DNA of 64,000 nt, taken from assembly GCA_026461075.1 (NCBI GenBank), contig JAPJNH010000068.1, positions 11,047 through 75,046 on the forward strand. The letters are read 5' to 3'. A model generated the notes under the pieces. It was not told the DNA's origin. It saw only the letters and a list, made by a program, of their open reading frames with translations, and searched no databases. Source of the stretch: Chitinophagales bacterium. Its GTDB lineage: Bacteria; Bacteroidota; Bacteroidia; Chitinophagales; CAIODY01. This document shows, piece after piece, positions 18,640 to 31,400 of this stretch. Both the position numbers and the translations under genes were made by a program. Positions within the stretch are counted from its first letter, which is position 1, and each line of letters starts with the position of its first letter.

Positions 18640-19341
18640 ATGGGAAACATACTTATCATTGGCGCCTCTGGAGGAATTGGCCTAGCAACCGCTCAACAAC
18701 TAATTAGCGAAGGACATACCGTCTACGGTACATATAATAATACGAACCTTCTCAACGAATATCCTGAGATTAATTGGATTCATTTAGACCTTAATGCTAT
18801 AGAGAATATTCAAATCAACGAGCAACTTCCCGAACAAATCGATGGGTATTTCTATGCTGTCGGAAAGGTGAATCTAAAGCCATTCAATCGAATCAACTTG
18901 AACGATTTTATAGATGATTATAAAATCCAAACATTAGGCGCAATTGCGGTATTACAAAAGATTCTTCCCAACCTAAAACGCAGCCAACAAGCCTCTGTAG
19001 TATTCTGTTCCAGCGTCGCAGCAAAAGTAGGCTTCCCCTTTCATGCGCTCATCGGTTCTTCTAAAGGAGCAATCGAAGGATTGGTAAAAAGTCTTTCAGC
19101 TGAATACGCTCCAGCAATACGTTTCAACGCTATCGCACCATCTATTACTGCAACTAAACTAACGGAGCAGTTTATCAATACCCCAGAAAAAAGATCTGTA
19201 CAAGACACCAAACATCCGCTAAAAAGAATCGGTGAAGCTGCTGATAACGCACAACTAGCTAGCTTCCTTTTGACGGCAAAGTCAAGCTGGATAACTGGTC
19301 AAATTATTAATATTGATGGCGGAATTAGTGCCATAAAATAA
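18640..19341 (+). CDS. Short-chain dehydrogenase/reductase family protein (atypical active site)
   Basis: 233 aa with the Rossmann motif GASGGIG. At the position of the SDR YxxxK motif the sequence reads LIGSSK, with Ile in place of the catalytic Tyr. Confidence 0.8.
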   Translation: MGNILIIGASGGIGLATAQQLISEGHTVYGTYNNTNLLNEYPEINWIHLDLNAIENIQINEQLPEQIDGYFYAVGKVNLKPFNRINLNDFIDDYKIQTLGAIAVLQKILPNLKRSQQASVVFCSSVAAKVGFPFHALIGSSKGAIEGLVKSLSAEYAPAIRFNAIAPSITATKLTEQFINTPEKRSVQDTKHPLKRIGEAADNAQLASFLLTAKSSWITGQIINIDGGISAIK

Positions 19342-20813
19342 TGAAAGTAATTATTGTATTTCCGCATCAGTTATTTGATGAAACTGCTTTCCTTAACGGA
19401 TTTGACAAGATCATTCTAATTGAAGAAGAATTATTTTTTAAGCAATTCCCATTTCATAAAGCTAAACTTGCGCTACATAGAGCAAGTATGAAATATTATG
19501 AAAATCAATTAAGGAATACTTTATCGAAAACATCCGTTGACTATATCGATAGCACTCAACCCATCAGTGCAATTCAGAAATTTATTGAATCTTCCAATAC
19601 ATTAGAAATTCACTTTTGGGAGGTTCACGATGATTGGTTACAACAACGTATAGAAAAGGCTTCTAAGGAATTTAATAAATCGATTACTTTTCATCAGAGC
19701 CCTTATTTTTTAAATAGTGAATCGGAGATAAGAACTTACTTCCAAGGTAAAAAGCGCTTTTTGCAAAACGATTTTTATATCGATCAGCGCAAAAAACGAA
19801 ATATCCTTATAGATGGGAAAGAGCCCGTCGGCGGACAGTGGAACTTCGATAAAGACAATCGTTTAAAATATCCTAAAAACAAAACGGCTCCGAAAATAAT
19901 TCCGTGTAATCTTGAGGATGAACGACATTATATTGAAGAGGCGAAAAGCTATGTTGAACAGAATTTTGGTCAAAACCCAGGCGAACTATCGCAAGCAATC
20001 CCCTATCCTATTTCAAGAAAAGGTGCGCAAGACTGGTTGGTCCAATTTGTAAAAGAACGTCTCCAAGAATTCGGTCCTTACGAAGACGCTATCGTGGCCA
20101 AAGAAAGCACCTTACATCACAGTATTCTTACACCTATGTTGAACATAGGCTTGCTGACACCACAAGAAATAATCGATTATACGCTTCAAAATGCCGCATC
20201 CATTCCACTTGCGTCACTAGAAGGCTTTATCCGCCAAATCATCGGTTGGCGAGAATTTATACGCGCTATTTATCTATTAAAAGGACGGAAAGAGCGTAGT
20301 CTAAATTATTGGCAGTTTAGCCGCAAAATTCCAGCAAGCTTCTGGACCGGAACTACAGGTATAATACCCATCGATGAAACGATTAAAAAAGTATTGCAAA
20401 CAGGCTATTGTCATCATATTGAACGATTAATGTTACTGGGCAATTTTATGCTTTTATGTGAATTCGATCCAGATGAGGTATATCATTGGTTTATGAGCCT
20501 TTTTATCGACGCTTACGATTGGGTGATGGTGCCCAATGTTTATGGGATGAGCCAATTTGCTGATGGAGGAATAATGGCGACCAAACCCTATATTTCGGGC
20601 AGCAATTATGTTTTAAAGATGAGCGATTATGGTAAAGGGGAATGGACAATTGTATGGGATGCCTTGTTCTGGAATTTTATGCATAATCAACAAAAATTCT
20701 TTTCAAGCAACCCACGTTTAAGCATGTTACTAGGTACATTGAATAAAATGTCGGCAGAACGAAAAGCTGAAATTTTCGAAAGCTCCGCTGCGTTTTTAAA
20801 AGGCTTAAAATAG
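19341..20813 (+). CDS. Cryptochrome/photolyase-related protein (COG3046-type)
   Basis: 490 aa. The C-terminal half has photolyase FAD-domain-like blocks (GWREFIR, HHIERLMLLGNFMLL, DAYDWVMVPNVYGMSQFADGG). Its start overlaps the SDR stop (TAATG). Confidence 0.75.
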   Translation: MKVIIVFPHQLFDETAFLNGFDKIILIEEELFFKQFPFHKAKLALHRASMKYYENQLRNTLSKTSVDYIDSTQPISAIQKFIESSNTLEIHFWEVHDDWLQQRIEKASKEFNKSITFHQSPYFLNSESEIRTYFQGKKRFLQNDFYIDQRKKRNILIDGKEPVGGQWNFDKDNRLKYPKNKTAPKIIPCNLEDERHYIEEAKSYVEQNFGQNPGELSQAIPYPISRKGAQDWLVQFVKERLQEFGPYEDAIVAKESTLHHSILTPMLNIGLLTPQEIIDYTLQNAASIPLASLEGFIRQIIGWREFIRAIYLLKGRKERSLNYWQFSRKIPASFWTGTTGIIPIDETIKKVLQTGYCHHIERLMLLGNFMLLCEFDPDEVYHWFMSLFIDAYDWVMVPNVYGMSQFADGGIMATKPYISGSNYVLKMSDYGKGEWTIVWDALFWNFMHNQQKFFSSNPRLSMLLGTLNKMSAERKAEIFESSAAFLKGLK

Positions 20814-20969
20814 TGTCGGAATTGCCTGCAACTTGTACACATTCATGTGAATAACTTCCCATTTAAAACCGCCAATATCTTGTGAATTCTGAGTATTTTT
20901 AAAGGAACAACTTCTAGGTTCAAAAGCCTTTATTTATAGGCATTTCCAAGAAATTGTTTTTAAAAATAA

Positions 20970-22934
<1,965 letters not shown>

Positions 22935-22937
22935 TAT

Positions 22938-23876
22938 ATGTCGGAACACGTTATTAAAACAAATTCGCTGGTCAAAGAATACAAGGATTTTAAAGCTGTT
23001 GACGGCTTAAATTTAGAAGTATTCAAAGGAGACGTATTCGGGTTTCTTGGTCCTAACGGAGCTGGAAAAAGCACGAGTATACGTATGATATTAGGCTTGA
23101 TCGCTCCGAGTTCTGGAAGCATTGAATTATTTGGTAAGCCATTTAATGAGAATAGAGAATCGTCTCTCCGTAAGATCGGCGCTATTGTTGAAAAACCTGA
23201 TTTCTATCTCTATCTCTCTGCCTATAAAAACCTTGAAATTCTCGGAAGACTAAGTGGTGCAGATACTTCCAAAAAGCATATCGAATCTTTGCTAGACTTG
23301 GTTGGCTTAGGGACACGTGCACAAAGCAAAGTGGAAACATTTTCCCACGGCATGAAGCAACGTCTTGGTTTAGCGCAAGCACTTATTCATCAGCCTGAAT
23401 TGATTATTCTGGACGAACCAACAACTGGTTTAGATCCGCAAGGAATCAAAGAAATGCGCGAATTGATTTTGCATTTGTCAAAAGATCAAGGGATTACTAT
23501 TTTTCATTCTTCGCATTTGTTGTATGAAGTCGAAATGACTAGTAATCGAATGATGATTATGTACAAAGGCAAGGCCATTCAATCAGGTCTCGTTAGTGAG
23601 TTATTGAACGCTAACAATCTAAGGGTTACTTTTGAAGTGGATCTTTTGGAGAAAGCGGTAGGATTGTTTAAGGAACGCGGTTTGCTGGAAAGAAATATAA
23701 ATGTAGAAGGCAATAGAATTACGTTAGATTTAACGCAAGAGGAAATCGCTCCAATGAATAGTTTATTACTACAACATCAGATAGCAGTATCTGCGGTTAT
23801 TCCGGTACGTTCTTTAGAAGAATATTTCTTGAGAATTACCTCAGAAGCGTCAAATGAATTAGTGGCAAAGAAGTAA
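22938..23876 (+). CDS. ABC transporter ATP-binding protein (ABC-2/DrrA-like ATPase, no adjacent permease)
   Basis: 312 aa with a Walker A (GPNGAGKST), a signature variant (FSHGMKQRL) and a Walker B (LIILDEPTTGLD). It starts 3 nt after the gyrB stop. Confidence 0.9.
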   Translation: MSEHVIKTNSLVKEYKDFKAVDGLNLEVFKGDVFGFLGPNGAGKSTSIRMILGLIAPSSGSIELFGKPFNENRESSLRKIGAIVEKPDFYLYLSAYKNLEILGRLSGADTSKKHIESLLDLVGLGTRAQSKVETFSHGMKQRLGLAQALIHQPELIILDEPTTGLDPQGIKEMRELILHLSKDQGITIFHSSHLLYEVEMTSNRMMIMYKGKAIQSGLVSELLNANNLRVTFEVDLLEKAVGLFKERGLLERNINVEGNRITLDLTQEEIAPMNSLLLQHQIAVSAVIPVRSLEEYFLRITSEASNELVAKK

Positions 23877-23896
23877 ATACAATTGGTCACATAAAT

Positions 23897-23927
23897 TAAA
23901 AAGGCAGGAATTAATCCTGCCTTTTTA
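23897..23927. terminator. Bidirectional intrinsic terminator between the convergent ABC ATPase gene and ettA
   Basis: AGGCAGGA pairs with TCCTGCCT to form a hairpin flanked by an A-run and a T-run. Confidence 0.75.
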
Positions 23928-23946
23928 ATTTATAGGTTTGGTCAAA

Positions 23947-25632
23947 TTACTCAACCAACTTCTTATATCTGAACTTACGATTCGATTGTTCACCCAAACG
24001 TTGTTTCTTATTCTCTTCATAATCTGAGAAGCTACCTTCGTAGAAGTAAACACTACCCTCACCTTCGAACGCCAAGATATGCGTACAAACTCGATCTAAG
24101 AACCAACGATCGTGGGAAATAACTACCACACAACCAGCATAGTTTTCTAAAGCCTCCTCAATGGCACGCATTGTGTTAACGTCGATATCGTTGGTAGGCT
24201 CATCCAGTAAGAGAACGTTAGCTTCTTGTTTCATCGTCATTGCCAAGTGCAGACGATTTCTTTCACCACCAGACAATACCCCTACTTTCTTTTGTTGATC
24301 CGTACCAGAGAAGTTGAACTTCGATACATACGCACGTGCATTGATACGATGCTTACCTACTTCAATGAATTCTAATCCGTCTGAAATCGTTTCAAAAACG
24401 GTCTTTTCACTGTCCATATCAGAGTGTGCCTGATCTACATAAGCGATCTTAACCGTATCACCAACTTCAAAGCTACCACTAACAGGTTTCAATTCATCCA
24501 TAATCAAACGGAATAAGGTGGTTTTACCCGCTCCGTTAGGACCGATAATTCCTACGATACCGTTTTGCGGCAAGGTGAAGTTCAAATTTTCATATAATAC
24601 GCGATCACCGAAAGCCATTGTTACATCATGTGCTTCGATAACTTTCGTTCCCAAACGTGGTCCTGGCGGAATATACAATTCCAACTTTTCTTCACGTTCT
24701 TTCGTTTCTTCACCAACCATTTTTTCATAGTTTGTGATACGCGCTTTAGATTTAGCTTGACGTGCTTTAGGAGCCATGCGCACCCATTCCAATTCACGTT
24801 GTAAGGTCTTTTGACGCTTCGTTTCCATCTTTTCTTCTTGTGCAAGACGAATAGATTTTTGTTCCAACCAAGAAGTATAGTTTCCTTTATACGGAATACC
24901 TTCACCACGATCCAATTCAAGAATCCATCCTGCGACATTATCCAAGAAATAACGATCGTGCGTGATACAGATTACAGTACCTTTATATTGATGTAAGTGT
25001 TGTTCTAACCACAAAATTGATTCAGCATCCAAGTGGTTCGTAGGTTCATCGAGTAATAAAACATCGGGCTCCTGCAATAATAAACGGCAAAGAGCTACAC
25101 GACGTTTTTCACCACCCGACAAATACTTAATTTGAGAATCTGGATCCGGACATTGTAGAGCGTCCATCGCACGATTCAATACAGTATCAATCTCCCAGCC
25201 GTTTGCAGCTTCGATTTGATCTTGCAAGTTCCCTTGACGATTCAACAACTTTTCCATTTCATCATCACTCATCGGCTCAGCAAACTTATTAGAAATATCT
25301 TCGTATTCTTTCAACAAATTGAAGATCTCTTGCTTTCCTTCGCGGATGATTTCGATGACTGTTTTTTCGTCATCTAATAAAGGCTCCTGTTCTAAATATC
25401 CAACCGAATAATTGTTTCTTTTGAATTCTATAGAACCTTGATAATTATTATCAATGCCGGCAATAAGTTTAAGCAATGTAGATTTACCAGATCCGTTTAG
25501 ACCGATGATACCAATTTTAGCACCATAGAAAAAGGAAAGGTAAATATCCTTAAGAATAGTACGGTTCGGAGGGATGATTTTACTCACGCCCACCATCGAG
25601 AAAATAATTTGTTGTGAATTTTGTTCTGACAT
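23947..25632 (-). CDS. ettA: Energy-dependent translational throttle protein EttA (ABC-F)
   Basis: 561 aa with two ABC cassettes (GLNGSGKST/LSGGEKRRV and GPNGAGKTT/LSGGERNRL), an inter-domain linker and no TM domain. Confidence 0.9.
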   Translation of the reverse strand: MSEQNSQQIIFSMVGVSKIIPPNRTILKDIYLSFFYGAKIGIIGLNGSGKSTLLKLIAGIDNNYQGSIEFKRNNYSVGYLEQEPLLDDEKTVIEIIREGKQEIFNLLKEYEDISNKFAEPMSDDEMEKLLNRQGNLQDQIEAANGWEIDTVLNRAMDALQCPDPDSQIKYLSGGEKRRVALCRLLLQEPDVLLLDEPTNHLDAESILWLEQHLHQYKGTVICITHDRYFLDNVAGWILELDRGEGIPYKGNYTSWLEQKSIRLAQEEKMETKRQKTLQRELEWVRMAPKARQAKSKARITNYEKMVGEETKEREEKLELYIPPGPRLGTKVIEAHDVTMAFGDRVLYENLNFTLPQNGIVGIIGPNGAGKTTLFRLIMDELKPVSGSFEVGDTVKIAYVDQAHSDMDSEKTVFETISDGLEFIEVGKHRINARAYVSKFNFSGTDQQKKVGVLSGGERNRLHLAMTMKQEANVLLLDEPTNDIDVNTMRAIEEALENYAGCVVVISHDRWFLDRVCTHILAFEGEGSVYFYEGSFSDYEENKKQRLGEQSNRKFRYKKLVE

Positions 25633-25649
25633 AACGTTAGGTTAGGCCG

Positions 25650-25657
25650 CAAAGATA
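25650..25657 (-). promoter_or_regulatory. Candidate -7 promoter box (TATCTTTG on the minus strand) for ettA
   Basis: Exact TAnnTTTG match 17 nt upstream of the ettA ATG. The extended GTATCTTTGCGG is identical to the rplK candidate. Confidence 0.4.
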
Positions 25658-25699
25658 CGAACTAAAACGTTGTTCAGGACTGCAAAAACAAAATTTTAC

Positions 25700-26419
25700 T
25701 TAAAGTAAATCAAAGACATTCGCAATGCCTGGAGGGTTAGCAGAAATATAGGCCTCCCCGTATTGGACATTGATCAATTTACCATGCGCAGAAGCTCTAG
25801 CAACAATCCCTTCTAAAAAATGAGGAGTGGAAATATAGGTTTTAGGTCCAGTAAAATTGGGATTATAAAACTGGGTGGCATAAGCTTGAATGGCTTGCAA
25901 CTTCGTTTCCATTACATCCGTAATGTCTATGACAAAAGTTGGTGTCAACCAACGATCTTGGATATAATGAAAAACGTGCTTCGGGCGAAAAGCCTCCTGC
26001 GGATGACCATTTTCATCTACAGTTTTGATTTGTGCTAATCCGCTTAAAAAACAAGCTTCCTTCACCAATTGTGCTGCACGTCCATGATCTGGATGGCGAT
26101 CATCCAACGCATTAGTCAGAACAATAGTAGGCTTCGTTTTACGAATTTCACTGATTACTTTTAACGTAGTCTCTTCATCAATTTGAAAAAAGCCGTCGCG
26201 TAATTTTAAATTATTGCGATACTGTGTGCCCATGATCTCAGAAGCTGTTGCAGCCTCCGCATAACGGGTTTCAATAGTACCTCTCGTACCTAATTCTCCT
26301 TGCGTTAAATCGCAAATACCCACCACTTTACCTTGATGAACAGATTTCACCAACAAACCACTACAAGACAATTCTGCATCATCAGGGTGCGCGTTAATCG
26401 CTAATAAATCAAGTTTCAT
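25700..26419 (-). CDS. bshB1: PIG-L/LmbE-family deacetylase, probably bacillithiol biosynthesis deacetylase BshB1
   Basis: Carries the AHPDDAEL and HPDH zinc-site motifs of the LmbE family. I prefer the start at MKLDLLAI; the ORF-track start at 26440 adds 7 aa. Confidence 0.65.
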   Translation of the reverse strand: MKLDLLAINAHPDDAELSCSGLLVKSVHQGKVVGICDLTQGELGTRGTIETRYAEAATASEIMGTQYRNNLKLRDGFFQIDEETTLKVISEIRKTKPTIVLTNALDDRHPDHGRAAQLVKEACFLSGLAQIKTVDENGHPQEAFRPKHVFHYIQDRWLTPTFVIDITDVMETKLQAIQAYATQFYNPNFTGPKTYISTPHFLEGIVARASAHGKLINVQYGEAYISANPPGIANVFDLL

Positions 26420-26524
26420 TTTTTGAGAATTAATAGTCAAAAATACGCTTTTTAGCTTCAGAATTATCTTGCGCTACATCAATAAACACAAATGATTTAT
26501 TATCTTCGGAGCTGTACATAAAGC

Positions 26525-27409
26525 ATGAAAAGAATTCTCGTAACAGGCAGCAATGGACAATTAGGCAATGAACTAAAATCATTAGAGGCCAATTTCCCCA
26601 ATTTCCATTTTATTTTCGCCGACCGTAGCACTTTAGATTTAAGCGATAGCTCTTCTATTCAAACATTTTGTCAGGCAAATACATTCGATTATTGTATCAA
26701 TGCGGGTGCCTATACTAAAGTGGATTTAGCGGAAAAAGAACAAGAACTTTGTCTGCAGATAAACGTCAATGGCGTGAAAACCCTTGCTGAAATTTGTTTC
26801 CAGAAAGGTATTCCCTTTTTACATTTTTCAAGCGACTATGTATTTAACGGTATTGGCACAGAACCTTATGTTGAAACTGATTTAACAGATCCTAAAGGTG
26901 TTTATGCAAAATCAAAGGAGGAAGGTGAAAAAGCCTTAATTTTCTTGGCTTCCAACTATCCAAATTCAAAATTCTGTATTATCAGAACTTCATGGGTTTA
27001 TAGCACTTTTGGACACAACTTCGTTAAGACCATGATTCGTTTAATGAATGAGCGTCCGGAGATAAGTGTCGTGAATGATCAAATCGGAAGCCCTACCTAT
27101 GCGAAAGATTTAGCCGAAGCCGCACTAAAAGCAGTCATGGCCTGGGAAGAAGGAAAGCTACTTTCTCCAATTTATCATTTCAGTAACGAAGGTGTCTGCT
27201 CTTGGTTTGATTTTGCACTTGCAATTGCAGAATTCATCGATTACAAAGGCAAAGTAAATCCAATAACAACGTCACAATACCCTACTCCAGCACCTCGACC
27301 GGCTTATTCTGTATTAAACAAATCAAAAATTAAAGCGGAATTAGATATTACGATTCGCAGTTGGGAAGAAGCATTAGATGAGTGTTTACAAAAATTGATT
27401 GCATCATGA
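26525..27409 (+). CDS. rfbD: dTDP-4-dehydrorhamnose reductase
   Basis: 294 aa with the N-terminal ILVTGSNGQLG motif, a YxxxK motif (YAKSK) and RmlD-like length and sequence. Confidence 0.88.
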   Translation: MKRILVTGSNGQLGNELKSLEANFPNFHFIFADRSTLDLSDSSSIQTFCQANTFDYCINAGAYTKVDLAEKEQELCLQINVNGVKTLAEICFQKGIPFLHFSSDYVFNGIGTEPYVETDLTDPKGVYAKSKEEGEKALIFLASNYPNSKFCIIRTSWVYSTFGHNFVKTMIRLMNERPEISVVNDQIGSPTYAKDLAEAALKAVMAWEEGKLLSPIYHFSNEGVCSWFDFALAIAEFIDYKGKVNPITTSQYPTPAPRPAYSVLNKSKIKAELDITIRSWEEALDECLQKLIAS

Positions 27410-28404
27410 GAATAAAAGTTGGTATTATAGGATTAGGACATATTGGAAATCGTCACTTTGATATATTGAACGAATTACCTAGTCAATATAAAATTGTAGC
27501 AGTATGTGATTCGAACCTAAAAAACCTTCGCAACCTTGATAGAAAAATTACTATTTATCAAGATTATGAATCTCTTTTATATGCCGATATCGATCTTGTG
27601 CATATTTGCACACCGCATCACTTGCATGCGGAAATGACTATCAAAGCCCTTTCTAAAGGCAATCACGTTTTGGTAGAGAAACCTATGTGTTTAACAAGTG
27701 AGGAAGCAAAAGCAATGATCGCTGCTTCTATAAAATACAAACGTAAACTTTTTGTTGTTAAACAAAATCGTTTCAACGAACCGGTGGCAGCCGTGCAGCA
27801 ATTAATAGAAAAAGGTAAGCTAGGAAAAATATATGATGTGCAGTGTAATGTGTGGTGGAATCGAAATGAAAAATATTATTTACAAAGTGATTGGCGAGGC
27901 AAACTAAAAACGGAACGAGGTGCACTTTTTACACAAGCAAGTCACTTTATAGATTTGTTGGTTTGGTGGTTTGGTCCTGTGGAGAAGGCAAAAACAATGC
28001 TAGCAACCAAGGCACACAATATTCAAATTGAAGATTGCGGTCACTCCATAGTACAATTCAAATCAGGCACTATCGGAAGTATAAATTGGAATAATAATCT
28101 TTTCGAAAAGAACTACGAAGGAAGTGTTACGATTATTGCAGAGAAAGGAACGGTGAAAATAGGAGGCGCTTATCTTAATGAAATTGAATACTGGAATGTT
28201 AAAGGGATTAAGCAACCTAAAATAAAATCACAAGTGAAGCCAAACCTCTACAAAGGCAATTACCAAGGTAGTGGAAGCAATCATGCATTCGTATTTAAAG
28301 CGGTTGCGAAGGCCCTAATCAATAAGTCTAACAACAATTTAGTGGAAGGTATCGAGGCAAAGGCAGGAATAGATAGTATTGTTAAAATCTATCAATCCGT
28401 TTAG
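27406..28404 (+). CDS. Gfo/Idh/MocA-family NAD(P)-dependent oxidoreductase (sugar-nucleotide dehydrogenase-like)
   Basis: The N-terminal Rossmann motif IGLGHIGNRH and an EKP motif (VLVEKPMC) are present. I prefer the start at MRIKVG (27406), which forms an ATGA overlap with the rfbD stop. Confidence 0.8.
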   Translation: MRIKVGIIGLGHIGNRHFDILNELPSQYKIVAVCDSNLKNLRNLDRKITIYQDYESLLYADIDLVHICTPHHLHAEMTIKALSKGNHVLVEKPMCLTSEEAKAMIAASIKYKRKLFVVKQNRFNEPVAAVQQLIEKGKLGKIYDVQCNVWWNRNEKYYLQSDWRGKLKTERGALFTQASHFIDLLVWWFGPVEKAKTMLATKAHNIQIEDCGHSIVQFKSGTIGSINWNNNLFEKNYEGSVTIIAEKGTVKIGGAYLNEIEYWNVKGIKQPKIKSQVKPNLYKGNYQGSGSNHAFVFKAVAKALINKSNNNLVEGIEAKAGIDSIVKIYQSV

Positions 28405-31400
28405 TGCTTATCCTCTTCTCCGCCACACGAATAATACGTATTTTCTCCACTCGCGATCGCGTTAGTTACAGCTTCGCCTGCTGATTTAGCATCTTGCATC
28501 AATTGCCATAAACGTTGTTTGTCTTGCTTGATGAATTCGCTTTTTTGATTCGCATCTTGTAGGCTGTAGTAACAAACCCCGTCAACATAGGTAGCGGTAG
28601 CGACTGCGTAAACACTTAACGGAGCGGCGGTCCATACGACAAAATCGGCATCCTTTCCTTCCGTCAAACTTCCAACGAAAGCATCTACATGTAACATCTT
28701 TGCAGGATTTAAGGTACACATTTTAAAGGCCTCCAATTCATTCATTCCGCCATACTTAACCGATTTAGCCGCTTCTTGATTTAAACGACGTCCCATCTCA
28801 GCATCGTCGCTATTGATTCCTACAGGTATATTCCAACGACTCATCAAACTTGCGTTTTGCGGAATCGCTTCCATTACTTCAAACTTATACGCCCACCAAT
28901 CAGAAAACGTAGAAGCCCCACTCACACCATGTCTTGCCATTTTATCCGCCACCTTATACCCTTCTAAAATATGTGTAAAGGTATTCACTTTAAATCCAAA
29001 ACTGTCGGCCACATGCATCAACATATTAATTTCACTTTGCACATAACTATGACAAGTAATAAAGCGTTGGCTACGCATGATTTCAACTAAAGCTTCTAAT
29101 TCTAAATCTTTATGAAACTTAGCAGGAAGCGTTTTAGCCTTTTGTAAATCATATTCTTTTGCGCGACTGAAAGCATCTAGTAATACTTGTTCAACCCCCA
29201 TTCTGGTTTGAGGAAATCTCGTTACTGCATTTTCTCCCCAATTCGCTTGTTTCACATTTTCACCAAGCGCAAACTTGATAAAACCTGGCGCTCCTTTAAA
29301 TTTCATTTCTTCCGGACTCATTCCCCATCTAAGTTTGATTAATTGGGTTTGGCCACCAATAGGATTTGCAGAGCCATGTAAAATATGAGAGCTCGTAACA
29401 CCGCCAGATAATTGTCTATAGATATTGATATCGTCGCTATTAATTACATCGCCTAATCGAACTTCGCTAGTTACAGATTGTGTTCCTTCATTAACATCAC
29501 CATTAGCCGCAATATGCGAGTGTTCATCAATAATCCCTGGAGAGATAAACATGCCTCCAAAATCCTCTGATTTTACTGAATCCGGACAAATCAAATTCGT
29601 TCCGATTTTATAAATTTTTCCATTGCGTATCCAAAGATCGGCTTTGATATTTCCTTGCTGGGTATTGGTACAAAGTGTTGCATTGCGGAACACGAAATTG
29701 ACTGGTTTGGGCATGTTCACATTTCCATAAGGATTAAATGGATAACGGAGTTCGGGTAACTCAACAATCTTGTCAGATATTTTAATAGAACTAGAATCTG
29801 TCGTTTTAGTTAGTATCGCCTTCCAAGGTTTCAAGTTTGCGTCTAAAGGGCTTAAATAAACGCCTTCCATACCTACAGCAGTGATTTCTCCAATCAACTG
29901 TAATTCCACTAGAGAATCCTTCTGAGGCACATCATTTAAAAAGTACTTTTTAGGATAATTGAAACTGATACGAACTTGCTGTCTATTTACAGAAACGTTG
30001 ACTTTTAACTTATTCTTTGTGTTATCTGTGGTGTTGACCAAACTCCATTCATAATCATTTAAATTTCCTTTACAGATAAGTTGAAATGGGAAATTCAAAC
30101 CTTCAGTATTCATGGTATAAGTACCTCTTAAATCTTGTGCATAGCTATCTTTCAAGAGGTAAGGATTGCCTTCAATCCAATTCTGCATAATGAGAGTCTT
30201 ATCTTCGAATAAAGGTCCATTACACAAAATAAAATTGGCATGCTTTCCGATTTCAATACTGCCATATTCTTTTTGAATTCCTAGGTAGCTAGCTGGTTTG
30301 ATGGTTAAAGCCGCCAAAGCAGATTTCTCACTCCAACCGCTATGCACAGCTTTTCTTAAATTTTTCAAGAATTCATCTGCACTTTTGCAACCGTTTGCAG
30401 TTATAACGAAGTCGATATTATTTTCAGCAAGATATCTCGGATTAAAAGGAGCGCACTCCCATGATTTTAAGTCGGTCCAAGAAACGTGTTGGGCATCCAA
30501 AGGGTTATTTGCAGCAAGTGCTTTCGGGAAGTTTATCGGCACAATTAAGTGAAGATTATTCCCGACATAGTCTTTTAGATGTTTAAAATCATTGCCATTT
30601 GTTTTAATCCAAAAAGTCTGATTAAATTCTTTCGATAATTGATGCGCACGCAGTACGTTTAACGGATCTTCTGCTTGGAATAAAACAGGAGATTTGAAAT
30701 TCTTTTGATAAGCCTCTACTGATAAATTTCTTTCTGGCAAGCCTGTTTGACCATCATAATACAACTGACGTAACAAGGCAATACTACCCATTAGAGAAGA
30801 AGGATAATCTTGAGAACTCGATCCTTTACTAAATGAAAAACAAGAAGTAATATTTGCTTTCAGAAGAGAAAGTTGATCTCCGTTATCAGTGAAATTTACT
30901 AATGAGGATGTACCGCGAGCGATACCATCAGTTTGGTGTACAAGTGCCATACCGAAGCCGAAAGTCCTATAATTACTTGCTTGCGTGTTATCTTGTGCAA
31001 ACAAAACAGAAGCATCTGTTTCAGGATGAATGGCTTGATTCCAATAATAAGCTCCTTTCTTTTTAGACAAATTTTGTTCTCCGGCACCACTTTTTTCTGT
31101 CTTTGCCAATTTAGCAATACCATAATCACTATACAAATCGATAAAGGAAGGATACATGTAAAGGCCCTTACAATCGATAACCTGAGCATCTGCATAATCT
31201 TTAGTATTCAGGCTTGCAATGCTTTTTGAATCTGCAATTACTACAATGATTCCTTTTTTAATTATAACTATTGCGTCAGTTTTAACAATCCCTTCCGTAC
31301 CGTACACCACATTCACATGTTCTAGTCGATAGGTATTAGTACGATCATCATGCACACCATTTACAGGACGTGTAATCGACTGAGCATATAAAGTGCTTAA

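Noticed and set aside
24518-24996. Several 61-105-aa ORFs lie on both strands inside ettA.
   Set aside because: They are embedded in a conserved ABC-F gene. The 105-aa one is an alternative frame on the same strand, Lys/Trp-rich and with no homology features.
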